DNA of 64,000 nucleotides from IMGVR_UViG_3300046507_000773:162811-226810, one strand, 5' to 3'; positions 18,287 to 27,810 are shown, counted from the stretch's first letter. Made by a program: numbers and translations. The notes: generated by a model from the sequence alone, not told the origin.

Positions 18287-18739
18287 TCAATAGTTGTTGC
18301 CAGGCTCCAGAACAATCACTTCCATCTCCGTCTCACCCAGATACTCGGTAATGAGAGGACGCACCTCATCCCATTCCAATCCACCTTTGCCGCAACCAAT
18401 GGCAGGGATCGCGATGCTTGTAAGGTCATGCTCCTTGTATGTCTCGGCTAATTTCTTCAGTCCCTCTTTAATCCACTTTAGTTGTGAATCATGTCCCCAG
18501 TAACGCTTTGTGGGAAAGCAGACTATCTTTGTGCCGTACTTTTCCGTAAAGACAAAGTACCCGTCCTTTTCAAAGACACCCGTGTTACATGCTTTTTTGT
18601 AGGCATCGTATAGACCACCATAGCGATTACGAAACGCAGCAGCCAGGCCATTCCCCATGACGCCGACTGTGTTGACCGGACACACCAAAGCTTTGGCTTT
18701 CGAGAAGAAGATATTCTCGTCTTGATGAAAAGTGATCAT
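18287..18739 (-). CDS. Macrodomain protein, DarG/TARG1-like ADP-ribosylhydrolase
   Basis: VNTVGVMGNGLA, FPTKRYW, SIAIPAIGCGKGGLEW motifs. Confidence 0.85.
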   Translation of the reverse strand: MITFHQDENIFFSKAKALVCPVNTVGVMGNGLAAAFRNRYGGLYDAYKKACNTGVFEKDGYFVFTEKYGTKIVCFPTKRYWGHDSQLKWIKEGLKKLAETYKEHDLTSIAIPAIGCGKGGLEWDEVRPLITEYLGETEMEVIVLEPGNNY

Positions 18740-18768
18740 AATCCTTCTCTTGTAAGTTCAACTACAAG

Positions 18769-19353
18769 ATGAGGTTCTCCAATATAAACCACATAGGAGG
18801 CGTAGAACTCCAGGGGGAAAACAACTACCGGGAAACTATCATGGCAATCATCCGACCGACTCGGAAAAACTCAGGAGTGGAAACACTCATCAAGATCTTA
18901 GCACTACTTACTGATGACATTACGCTCTTTAATGGGCAGATCCTAATGTCGCAGTTTAGCATCGGCTTACTCCAAGCCACCAAGATGAGCCTTTTCATCG
19001 ACCCAAGTCCTTTTGCGTACATCGGCCCGAGAAACGTGTGGCTCCAGGACTACAAAGATGGTGTCAGCGTGTATTACGCGAATGAAATAGAAGCCTGTGA
19101 GTTTCTAGGACGACTTGAGCTTAAAATCAGTTTGGAAGAAAGCTTTCCAGAAAAGAATCGCCAGCATTACCGATTGGACGATTTAGATACCGCAGCAGAA
19201 CACATCCGTAACTATCTTCTCATCGGGCTCTACCCAGGGCACAAGATTGAACCACCGACCAATGAGTGGCTCAACAAGTTTATTAAAGCACGAGAGTGGG
19301 ATGTACTGGCCACCTTTGAACCCTCCGACATCGCGCTACTTAAACCAAGATAA
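18769..19353 (+). CDS. Hypothetical protein (start may be ATG 18841)
   Basis: AT-richer ORF in the accessory island, ends at a terminator. Confidence 0.5.
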   Translation: MRFSNINHIGGVELQGENNYRETIMAIIRPTRKNSGVETLIKILALLTDDITLFNGQILMSQFSIGLLQATKMSLFIDPSPFAYIGPRNVWLQDYKDGVSVYYANEIEACEFLGRLELKISLEESFPEKNRQHYRLDDLDTAAEHIRNYLLIGLYPGHKIEPPTNEWLNKFIKAREWDVLATFEPSDIALLKPR

Positions 19354-19394
19354 CGGCATACGGCCCCACCCTTTGGGGTGGGGCTTTATGACCG
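19354..19394. repeat. Repeated bidirectional terminator element, copy 1
   Basis: CGGCATACGGCCCCACC-CTTTG-GGGTGGGGCTTTATG; near-copies at 25706 and 32371 in reverse orientation. Confidence 0.8.
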
Positions 19395-19395
19395 A

Positions 19396-19791
19396 TTACT
19401 TACCACTGTTCTTTCTTTTTTCTTCCTCGAGGCGATCCAGCTCTTTCTGCCGTGCTTCGACTTCTTCCTTCAAGAGCTGCAAGCAGCTTTGAATGTACAT
19501 CTCACCCACGTACCTAGGCATGTCGAGGAACCGATCAAACGTGATACCCGTGTACTTGAGTACTTGGGCAGCGTGATAGGCCTTCATGCGTTCGGGTGTG
19601 GGATCGAATAGGTCGATGTTCTCAGCAGGGCGATGGCGAATCAGTGACATGTCATCAGTCTGCCGCGCGTGATCATGGATGCCGTACGTTGTTTCGTACG
19701 CGTCACGCATCAGAAGCTGAGTTTCCACAGAACTAATTACTGGTGCCACCTTAAGCAAGGCTTTGATGGCGCTCTCTGACGAGACCATCAA
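19396..19791 (-). CDS. gp76-like ORF, T4 gp51/tail chaperone GT-like; probably expressed as a -1 frameshift extension of the upstream gene
   Basis: C-terminal GITFDRFLDMPRYVGEMYI...LKEE resembles gp51/T domains; no SD before TTG/ATG; frame open back to the slippery site. Confidence 0.65.
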   Translation of the reverse strand: MMVSSESAIKALLKVAPVISSVETQLLMRDAYETTYGIHDHARQTDDMSLIRHRPAENIDLFDPTPERMKAYHAAQVLKYTGITFDRFLDMPRYVGEMYIQSCLQLLKEEVEARQKELDRLEEEKRKNSGK

Positions 19792-19820
19792 GCCAAAGCT
19801 GGACGAAGGAACCAGCTCTT

Positions 19821-21380
19821 TTAGCGGTTCCTGATCTGCTCGACCCTCTGCACGAGCAGGATGAAAAAAGTGTGGAACACGTCAATCGGCAGCAGGTGCG
19901 GATAGTTCGGGTTCATCACTTTCTCATCCACTGGCTCACCCGGCTCAACAGGCACTGCCACCAGGCAGACGGTCACGTCGTTGATGTACTTCTTCACCTC
20001 ACGGAAGTACACCTCGCTTGCCTCGTTATCGGCACTCATGTCGTCGAGCAGTGCGTCGATGACGTCCTGATCTTCGCCCGTAGTGTAGATGACGCCGTTG
20101 ACGTGGACAGCCTTGATCCAGTGGCCGAATTGGCGCATGTCGCTGGCTTTGCCGTGCTGGTTGATGAAGTCGTTGCGGGCATCGTCCGTCGGCGGCAGTG
20201 CAAATGCTTTGTCGACCATCGTGACGATGTTGTTGATCCAGCGCTGACCCGAGTTGAGGTACTCGTTGACAGTCGGGACCTTCAGCTCGATCGAAACGTT
20301 CTCGTTCAGGGGCACCATGCGCGGCTGACCGCGGGTGAACTCCTTGCGATACTTTTCCAGATCGTCGTCGGTGACGTTCATGCCGTAGCGCTGCGACAGG
20401 TGTGCGCGTTGCCATGGAGTGAACGCACGGTTGTCGAACCACTGCATCTTCGGGATCGACACGACACCATTGCGAGTCGGCGTTTGCGTGGCTGCATTGC
20501 TCAGCAGTGCGCGGCTATAGTTAAAGCCGTTCGGCCAGATTGCAGCGGCGCCGCCCAGAATGAACGATGGCAGATCGGTGATCAGCATCTTGTCGCCCAG
20601 GTTCTCGATACCGGATTTCAGCGTCGAGTCGTAGACCATGTTGGTCACGAACTGCGAGATACTGCCGGCGAAGAACGAGTTCATGTTCGAGAACGCCACA
20701 CCGGTGGTTTCACGGCCCATCTGGATTTTGTCTTCAGCCAGGTGACGCATGAGGTCGATGTAGTTGGCGTCGGAGCCAGCACGAACCGAAACCCAGAAGC
20801 CGCTATGGGGCAGCATCACTTGGCGCGGCGTGCCACGACCCATCAGGGCGCGCACTTGCAGAACAGCACGTTCGCCGGTCAGCTTTTCGCCTTCCTTGGC
20901 ACCGATCTTGACAGCGCCCATGCCGAGCTTGGCGCCTTCGTGGTCGATGAACTGTTTCCATTCGGCGTCAGCACGGGAAGCAGCGTCACCCAGTGCGTCT
21001 CCGTCGTACAGGTTGTTCAGGGACAGCTGGAGAACGTTCAGCCAACGAGCAGCCCGCGGGTCCTTTTCCAGGTCCAGCTTCGGGATCTGTTCGATGACTT
21101 CCTGGATACGCTCTTGCGTTTCCGGCGGCAGTGCCACGACAGGCAGCTTCTGGTTCAGATCCTTGAAAGGCTTTTCTTCCATCGGATTCGTGTCCATCAC
21201 AGCGTTGTCGGGCTGTTCACGCGGCGTGAGCTTGATGTGCGTTTGTTCGACGGCGACGACGTCTTCTTGCGTGGCGGGAGCCGCAGCCGGAGCAGGAGTT
21301 GCATCCGGTTGTGCGGTCATATCGGGCGCAGCTTGTGCGCCCGACTCCACCACAGGGTCTTTTTGATCCTGGGTATCCAT
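19821..21380 (-). CDS. gp77-like protein, possible T4 gp26-like tail/baseplate assembly chaperone
   Basis: 519 aa, biased codons, FF near the C-terminus coded by the slippery heptamer; synteny. Confidence 0.65.
   Translation of the reverse strand: MDTQDQKDPVVESGAQAAPDMTAQPDATPAPAAAPATQEDVVAVEQTHIKLTPREQPDNAVMDTNPMEEKPFKDLNQKLPVVALPPETQERIQEVIEQIPKLDLEKDPRAARWLNVLQLSLNNLYDGDALGDAASRADAEWKQFIDHEGAKLGMGAVKIGAKEGEKLTGERAVLQVRALMGRGTPRQVMLPHSGFWVSVRAGSDANYIDLMRHLAEDKIQMGRETTGVAFSNMNSFFAGSISQFVTNMVYDSTLKSGIENLGDKMLITDLPSFILGGAAAIWPNGFNYSRALLSNAATQTPTRNGVVSIPKMQWFDNRAFTPWQRAHLSQRYGMNVTDDDLEKYRKEFTRGQPRMVPLNENVSIELKVPTVNEYLNSGQRWINNIVTMVDKAFALPPTDDARNDFINQHGKASDMRQFGHWIKAVHVNGVIYTTGEDQDVIDALLDDMSADNEASEVYFREVKKYINDVTVCLVAVPVEPGEPVDEKVMNPNYPHLLPIDVFHTFFILLVQRVEQIRNR
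19836..19869 (-). promoter_or_regulatory. Candidate programmed -1 frameshift signal (T TTT TTC plus stem-loop)
   Basis: Minus strand ACT TTT TTC ATC followed by the CTGCTCG-10nt-CGAGCAG hairpin. Confidence 0.65.
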
Positions 21381-21398
21381 GGTTTCTTTCTTCAGGTA

Positions 21399-22013
21399 TT
21401 AAGCAGCAACCGGCTCTTCGATGACGCGCACCTTGGTACCCAGCGGTACCGGGTTGCCGTACTTGTCTTCTTGCACGGTGGCGCCGTTGTACTGCTTGAC
21501 GTAGACTTCGATCGGGTTCTCGTCGGTGGCAGCTGCGTAGCTGGCCAGGACTTGACGGGTGTGGGCTTGCTGACGTGCCTCGGCGTCCGACAGGTACTGG
21601 ATGATGTCCGCTTTGGTCGGCAGGATGAAGGCGTCGTATTCCGACTGCCAGGCGACGTACTTCTCGACCAGGCCGTAGGTCTTGAAGACTTCGTCGTAGT
21701 CGGCTTCACGGCCGGTGCGACCGGCGTGTTCTGCGCGGATCGGCTTGATCGATTCCAGCATGCGCAGCAGGTCGGTCTGCAGCAGGCGCACTTTCATTTC
21801 CAGGTCGCCACGCTCTTCCTGGGACAGGAACGCGATCAGCTTGTGGTTCTTCAGGGCGTCCTTGAATTCCAGCGGGATCACCAGGCTTGTCAGGCAGGCG
21901 GCCGAAATCTTCTCGACTTCATCCCAGCCTTTACGGCCTTCGTCTTTGAGGTTTTGGGCCTGTTGTGCAGCTTGCTGGTCGCGGAATTTGCGAGCGTCGC
22001 TCTTCTTGGTCAT
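21399..22013 (-). CDS. Hypothetical helical protein
   Basis: SD GGAG before ATG 22013 (MTKKSDARK). Confidence 0.6.
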   Translation of the reverse strand: MTKKSDARKFRDQQAAQQAQNLKDEGRKGWDEVEKISAACLTSLVIPLEFKDALKNHKLIAFLSQEERGDLEMKVRLLQTDLLRMLESIKPIRAEHAGRTGREADYDEVFKTYGLVEKYVAWQSEYDAFILPTKADIIQYLSDAEARQQAHTRQVLASYAAATDENPIEVYVKQYNGATVQEDKYGNPVPLGTKVRVIEEPVAA

Positions 22014-22172
22014 GGTACATTTACTCCAGTGTGAACTATTATAGAAAGAGGGTGATGCCAAATCTTCTGACGATAGGAGAGCCAGTTGAGAAACTGTGGC
22101 ATTTCCGAGAAGTAACGTCAAGGCTATTAAATTTGACGTAACAGTATTTTTTAACTTTTACCTGGAGCACGC

Positions 22173-23003
22173 ATGCTCGACATTTTGGATAGTTACCTGG
22201 GATCGGCAACTACCCCTGAACTTCACAACATCCTTCGTGAAGCCCATGACTACTTGGAACAAGTCGGGCGTGATGACATCGGCAGTTATTTCGAGGAACT
22301 CCTCATGACTGACGGTGACCGCGATGACGGTGGTACTTTGCAGGCAATCGTTCAGGGGACGCAAGCGATTCTGCATCAGGTCTTACAACAACACGGCGTG
22401 ACCTTGTCTGCTGATACGCCACTTGAAACCTTGACCAATACGCTCAAGGTACTTGTCGCTATCCCCACATATGGTAATACGGGTGAAGTACTCGGTATTA
22501 TCTTGGCTGAACATTCGCCAGGCGTTACGTTTGCAGAAATCGCAGGCATCGTGGGTCACATCGAAGTCGAAACTTACCTCACCTACGTGACGGAAATCAG
22601 CTCGGCTTTGATCATGCGAATCAAAGAACTCGTTTCGGTGCAAGAAGAAGAAGTGATTACCGAAGAAGAACTCCTGGTTCGTCGACAGCACGTTGAGAAG
22701 CTGCGGTTCTACTGCACCTTCATCCAGCGCGAACAACTCGAAATCGCCAAGATGATCAAAGACGGCATGCCGGTTGGCTACCCGTTCAAGGTCTACGCTG
22801 ATGCGATTGGTCGTCGCTTTGAGACCTTCCCTATTGATAAGATCGCCTACGAGATGTACGGCATGGCTCTCGTTTCGGTCGATGGCACGAATAACCCCCG
22901 TGCCATTATTAATAGCAACATCAACCAATACATCGCTGACTTGAACGTCATCACGAAAGTGGACGTACTGGTAAGCGACCTTCTTTTGAAGCTCCATAAA
23001 TGA
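22173..23003 (+). CDS. Conserved hypothetical protein (gp79-like)
   Basis: SD GGAG; overlaps the start of the vRNAP gene. Confidence 0.6.
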   Translation: MLDILDSYLGSATTPELHNILREAHDYLEQVGRDDIGSYFEELLMTDGDRDDGGTLQAIVQGTQAILHQVLQQHGVTLSADTPLETLTNTLKVLVAIPTYGNTGEVLGIILAEHSPGVTFAEIAGIVGHIEVETYLTYVTEISSALIMRIKELVSVQEEEVITEEELLVRRQHVEKLRFYCTFIQREQLEIAKMIKDGMPVGYPFKVYADAIGRRFETFPIDKIAYEMYGMALVSVDGTNNPRAIINSNINQYIADLNVITKVDVLVSDLLLKLHK

Positions 23004-24304
23004 AACGTCGCGAATACTTACTCGCAGCGCTAAAGGCAGGAGAGTACCGCCGTCGTGCATGGCTTTACTCCACCTTCGCGCTGATCCAGGAAGCTCCGGA
23101 CGCATGGAAGAAAGAACCCTACGCTTACCGCGTGGTGCAAACCCCGACGGGGTACTTCTTCGTCGATCCGGAAAACAACAACGAGCTTACTCAAATCGAC
23201 GATGCGACGATTGGGCAACCTCTCTTCGCAGTGACGGAACACATCGATCTCAAAGCTGGTGACGTTCCAAACCTCACCAAGGATCTGGCGCCACGCGTTG
23301 GCAACCTTCTGTTTAATTACATCGTGGTTGTCTACGGCCTCAATTCCAAACTTCCTTTCCTGGAAGGCAAAGTCACTGCCGGTAAGATCGAGGACATGAT
23401 CTTGGCAAAGCTCAAGGACACTCCCGAGAATGAAGCTGACCGTAAGGATAGCGAAATCTACGTGGACGACTACTTGCGCTTTGCTGACGCCATGTTCTTC
23501 CTTACCTGCCTGTCGCAAATTTGCGTGCCAGCAGCGACGCCCAAATCCATGGTGCCGGCCCCTGGCATTTACGAGTACCGCGATAAGCTCATTGCCGAGC
23601 AACCTGACCGGCACAACGATCCTGCCTTCGTGGCAGAAGTCGATGCAAAACTTGTGGCTTACGATCGCGAATACCTCAAGGGTGATCGCTCGTCAGACTT
23701 CTACATTAGTGGCAAGTCGTTTGACATCGTGCGTAAAAAGCGTTTCGGTGTCATTGGTGCAGAAAAGGGCATCGAAGAAAACGTGAGCGTGAAGCTTATT
23801 CCGAAATCGCTCGAAGAAGGCTGGGACATCAAGCACTTCCCGGCGATGAACGATTCGCTCCGTACGGGTTCTTACAACCGTGGTGCACAGACGGTTCTGG
23901 GTGGTGAATCCGTGAAGTGGCTTTTGCGAGCTTCTTCGAACATCTACATCCGGGAAGACGACTGCGCTTCGGAAGTGGGCATCACTCGTCCTGTAACGAT
24001 GGACAACTACAAGCTGCTCATCGGCTACTACGGCATCATCGGTGGTAAGACGGTGTTGTTGGACGAAGAAAAGATTCGTCCCTTCATCGGGAAATACATG
24101 GTGTTGCGTTCGCCGCAATACTGCCACACCGAAGGCACCGGCTATTGCAAAACCTGCTGTGGCCCGATGCTCTCCAGTAATCCGACGGGCCTTTCGATGG
24201 CAGTGTCGGACTATGGTAATGCGTTCTTGTACATGTACATGTCTGCAGCGCACGCCAAAGCTACGAAACTGGCAGCGGTAGATATCGAAACAGCCTTTAC
24301 CTAA
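23000..24304 (+). CDS. Virion RNA polymerase beta' fragment (phiKZ gp80-like)
   Basis: SYNRG..T, DDCAS, RSPQYC, GYCKTCCG Zn site, trigger-loop-like YMSAAHA. Confidence 0.85.
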   Translation: MKRREYLLAALKAGEYRRRAWLYSTFALIQEAPDAWKKEPYAYRVVQTPTGYFFVDPENNNELTQIDDATIGQPLFAVTEHIDLKAGDVPNLTKDLAPRVGNLLFNYIVVVYGLNSKLPFLEGKVTAGKIEDMILAKLKDTPENEADRKDSEIYVDDYLRFADAMFFLTCLSQICVPAATPKSMVPAPGIYEYRDKLIAEQPDRHNDPAFVAEVDAKLVAYDREYLKGDRSSDFYISGKSFDIVRKKRFGVIGAEKGIEENVSVKLIPKSLEEGWDIKHFPAMNDSLRTGSYNRGAQTVLGGESVKWLLRASSNIYIREDDCASEVGITRPVTMDNYKLLIGYYGIIGGKTVLLDEEKIRPFIGKYMVLRSPQYCHTEGTGYCKTCCGPMLSSNPTGLSMAVSDYGNAFLYMYMSAAHAKATKLAAVDIETAFT

Positions 24305-24368
24305 TAATCTGACTACGGCACTTTTGTAGACTAGATTTCTATTTATCACCTTTTAAGGAGAGCCACGC

Positions 24369-25250
24369 ATGGCCACCGAAGATCAGAAACAGCAGGAACA
24401 AGAACAAGGAGCCCAGCAAAATGACGCCACGCAACAACAAGGCGACGGCACTGCTGCTGGCAGCGACGCTGCTACCGCTGCCGCTAGCAAAGGCACCGAC
24501 GCTACCGGAACCGATACTGGCGCCACCGGAACTGCTGCTGGCGCAGATGCTGCCGGCACCGCTACCGGTTCGGCCACCGATTCGTCGGCAAGTGGCGACA
24601 ACGCCGCTGATCAGCAGCCTGCTCAAGCACCGGCTCCTCAAGAGCCCGCGGCTGCACCTGTCGTACCTGCGCCCGCCCCTGCCCCAGCTGTGAAGTCGGC
24701 GCCGGCACCGAAGGCAGCTCCTGCACCGGCTCCTGTCGTCGCAGCTCCGACCACCGTGGCAGATGCCATCAACGCAGCTGCACCGGGTAACAGCCCTGTC
24801 CCGTTCTACGAAACGCCCGGCCTGTCGCGCAACGGCTCGAACTGGCTGCGTCGCCTGAACGAGTACATGGAAGCCATGCGTGCCGGCCTGCCGGTCGACG
24901 TCGAAGAAGGCAAGGCATGGCAGAAGGTCCTGTACCGCACCCTGATGAACGTCATCCACAACTCGGACGACGCCGAATTCAGCGTGCTGCTCAAGATCAT
25001 TCTGGACCAGTTCGTCGTGCACAAGGACGGCGTCTTCCACCCGAGCCACTCGATGCGCTTCGCTGAGCACATCGAACTGAACGAAGCAGAACGCGCAACG
25101 TTCTTCAACCTGGTGGACCTGCTGACGATCTCGGCCGACGCCAAAGGTCGCGAACTGCGCCTGCGCCAGGTCGATCTGAACAAGAGCCTGACCTCGGAAT
25201 TCACCGAGCAAGGCAAACAGCGCATCCGCGCTTTCCTGGGCAAGAAGTAA
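24369..25250 (+). CDS. Hypothetical protein with long Ala/Thr/Pro low-complexity N-terminus and helical C-domain
   Basis: Strong SD AAGGAG; strong codon bias. Confidence 0.65.
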   Translation: MATEDQKQQEQEQGAQQNDATQQQGDGTAAGSDAATAAASKGTDATGTDTGATGTAAGADAAGTATGSATDSSASGDNAADQQPAQAPAPQEPAAAPVVPAPAPAPAVKSAPAPKAAPAPAPVVAAPTTVADAINAAAPGNSPVPFYETPGLSRNGSNWLRRLNEYMEAMRAGLPVDVEEGKAWQKVLYRTLMNVIHNSDDAEFSVLLKIILDQFVVHKDGVFHPSHSMRFAEHIELNEAERATFFNLVDLLTISADAKGRELRLRQVDLNKSLTSEFTEQGKQRIRAFLGKK

Positions 25251-25258
25251 TTCCCCTG

Positions 25259-25300
25259 GTCATATCGCCCCACTCCGCAAGGGGTGGGGCTTTATGCTGC
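25259..25300 (+). terminator. Terminator related to the repeat family
   Basis: CATATCGCCCCACTCC-GCAA-GGGGTGGGGCTTTATGCTG. Confidence 0.7.
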
Positions 25301-25337
25301 CTTACTGTATGTATCTTTTTTTCTTAAGGAAAGCATC

Positions 25338-25700
25338 ATGGCTAAGGCAATACCAAAAGAGGACTATGTCCGTAAAGCAGAAGTGATTCGCGTGATCGAT
25401 GGCGACACTGTGGAACTGCGTGTGGACCTGGGCTGCGACGTCAACGTCAACATGACTTGTCGTCTGAATGGCATCAATGCGCCGGAGAAGAACACGGCAG
25501 CTGGCAAAAAAGCCAAAGCCTGGATGGAACAAACGCTTCCACCTGGCCTGCCTGTTACCGTACAGACTTTCAAAGGCGACGAGAAAGAGAAGTACGGGCG
25601 CTACCTGGCAGCCATCTACGACGACACCAAGAAGCCAAGCATCAATGACCAGTTGGTAACTGGTGGTTTCGCCGTGCCTTACGATGGCGGCAAACGCTAA
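25338..25700 (+). CDS. Thermonuclease (staphylococcal nuclease family)
   Basis: RVIDGDT, RLNGINAPE, EKYGRYLA, INDQLV.GG.AVPY.G; SD AAGGA. Confidence 0.9.
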   Translation: MAKAIPKEDYVRKAEVIRVIDGDTVELRVDLGCDVNVNMTCRLNGINAPEKNTAAGKKAKAWMEQTLPPGLPVTVQTFKGDEKEKYGRYLAAIYDDTKKPSINDQLVTGGFAVPYDGGKR

Positions 25701-25705
25701 ACGTA

Positions 25706-25748
25706 CAGCATAAAAGCCCCGCCCTTTTGAGGCGGGGCCGTATGCCGC
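25706..25748. repeat. Repeated bidirectional terminator element, copy 2
   Basis: CAGCATAAAAGCCCCGCC...GGCGGGGCCGTATGCCG. Confidence 0.8.
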
Positions 25749-27668
25749 TTAAGCGGTCTCTTCAATACGCAGGTAGCTTTCCACTGGCAGCGTCTTCTCT
25801 GCTTCCATGTACGGATTGGCTTCTGCCAAGAGTGCTTCGTCTTCAATGAAGGAGTTGAGCATCTCTTCCATCGTAGGTAGGCCAAACATCTCGGTACAGA
25901 ACTCGACTGCGTTCGTGTGACCACCGGACAGGTTGATGCCTTGTGCCCGTTTGACTGGCTCTGGCACGCCTTCGATGACCAAGACTTCCCGGTACGTTGT
26001 CGCCTTCGAGATATTGAAGACGCCTTCGTTGGTCGGGTACGCTGCGGAGACGTCCAAGTCACCGACGTGAGCACGGATGTTGGTTCGCATCCATGGCATG
26101 TCCTTGATGACCCGTAGTCCATTGTCAGCCACAAGGTGAGCAGGCAGCGTGACAATCCAGCCGTCAAGACCCACAGTTTCCTTGTCGAAGTCCGTTTCCA
26201 TCTGGTCGGATGTAGAACCGAAGATGTGGTCGAACTCCATCACGAAGAAGTGCAGCTTGTCGACAAGACGACGCGGTTGCGAATTGTAGTTCGCAAAGTC
26301 CGAGTGCTCAGCGTTCAGTGGCATGGCGATCGCTAAGTCCGTCGTCTTCTCATCCAGTTCTTCCACCGAGACGCAGTCAAACAAGTTGTACACGGTGTAT
26401 TCAAACGGATGCTTCGCTTGCATGAACTGGTGCCATTCCAGTTTCACCAGGCCATCTGCTTCCACGAAGTTCAGCTTACGGATGCCGAGGATCTTGTCGA
26501 GGATCGCATCGAGGGCGTAAGACTGTTCTTCTGCTTTACCGGTACGCACCTGACGGTACACGCACATGGCGTCGATAAAGTAGAAGCTGGCCGGGCAGTA
26601 CGCCGTGTGCCACTGCGCTGCTGGTTTGATCGGTGTGATCTTGCCGGAGGCGGTGACCTTCTGCTTGGAGCCTTGCTTGTAGCGGAAGAAGCGGTAAGGC
26701 TTCGGTACACGCGGATCGGAGAACACTTCAGCTGGATCGATGCCTTCCTTTTCCAGGGCAGCCACGGAGCGAGGTAAGTCGAAGTCGATGTTCCAGATGG
26801 CGACGAAGTCCGGTTGCCATTCATGCGCACGGCGGAAGCACTCCACAACGACCTGGCCCGAAGTATCGACGAGCACGATTTCCCACTCGATCTTGCGCTT
26901 GTCGATGTAGGACTTCAGGTAGCGGTCAGCCGAAGCGCGCAGACGCTCGATCACGTCCACATAGCCCTGGAAGAAATCCTTACGCACGGCAGTGACCACT
27001 TTGTCGCCGAACGACAGCGTACCCATCATGATGTCTTGACTACCATCGAGCACATTCGTCTCAATGTCGAACACCGCTTTCGTGAAGGGCGTAAAGAGAT
27101 CCGGCCACTTCGTCATGTACTGTTGTTTCAGAATTGCAGTGGACGAGATGTCCGAGCCGTACAGGTACGGGCTACGCTGCAATTGACGCTGGTTGCCTTT
27201 GAACCAGGGCTCACCCAGTGCTTTGGCAGCGGCCGGGATGAGGTCGCACTGGCGGCACTCGTGCTTAACGAGATTGTCCTTGTGTTCCCATTCTTTCTTT
27301 TGCTTGTGGTTGCGACGGTTCTGGCGAGTGACCCAGAACGGACGCTTGTAGTCCCAGAAGAAGCGCAGGTTCGGTTTCTTCGTGCCGTCAGGATAGTGCA
27401 CCATTTCTTTGACGACATGCAGGTCTTTCGCTCCTGCACCGTAAGGCGCGCAATACGTTGCAAAACGCGCTTCGAACTTCGGTTTTTCTTTTGGCTCAGG
27501 AGCCGACAGTTCTTGCACCTGAACGTACGAAGTTTTTACCTCTTCCTTGACTTCGATGTACGGCGCAGGTTTTACTTCCTGCACAGGTCGCACGTTGTTA
27601 ATCTGGGAAAGATCATCGATGACAGTGACTGCATCGGCCCGTCCGTTATTTAATTCTACAAGTAACAT
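25749..27668 (-). CDS. Family B DNA polymerase fragment: 3'-5' exonuclease plus motif A (phiKZ gp82-like)
   Basis: ExoI FDIET, ExoII WNIDFD, ExoIII YNLFD, motif A DLDVSAAYP near the C-terminus; motifs B and C absent. Confidence 0.8.
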   Translation of the reverse strand: MLLVELNNGRADAVTVIDDLSQINNVRPVQEVKPAPYIEVKEEVKTSYVQVQELSAPEPKEKPKFEARFATYCAPYGAGAKDLHVVKEMVHYPDGTKKPNLRFFWDYKRPFWVTRQNRRNHKQKKEWEHKDNLVKHECRQCDLIPAAAKALGEPWFKGNQRQLQRSPYLYGSDISSTAILKQQYMTKWPDLFTPFTKAVFDIETNVLDGSQDIMMGTLSFGDKVVTAVRKDFFQGYVDVIERLRASADRYLKSYIDKRKIEWEIVLVDTSGQVVVECFRRAHEWQPDFVAIWNIDFDLPRSVAALEKEGIDPAEVFSDPRVPKPYRFFRYKQGSKQKVTASGKITPIKPAAQWHTAYCPASFYFIDAMCVYRQVRTGKAEEQSYALDAILDKILGIRKLNFVEADGLVKLEWHQFMQAKHPFEYTVYNLFDCVSVEELDEKTTDLAIAMPLNAEHSDFANYNSQPRRLVDKLHFFVMEFDHIFGSTSDQMETDFDKETVGLDGWIVTLPAHLVADNGLRVIKDMPWMRTNIRAHVGDLDVSAAYPTNEGVFNISKATTYREVLVIEGVPEPVKRAQGINLSGGHTNAVEFCTEMFGLPTMEEMLNSFIEDEALLAEANPYMEAEKTLPVESYLRIEETA

Positions 27669-27810
27669 AGTTTTCCTTATAAAGAAGCGGAAAATCGGTC
27701 ATCAATATGAGTTTCATTAAGGGGAGGGGTTTCTTTTCGTCCCTTTCTTTTCAAATTATCAGACGGGTCAGTTAATTAAAAACCGAGCCCTCATAGAGCG
27801 AAGGATTGTC

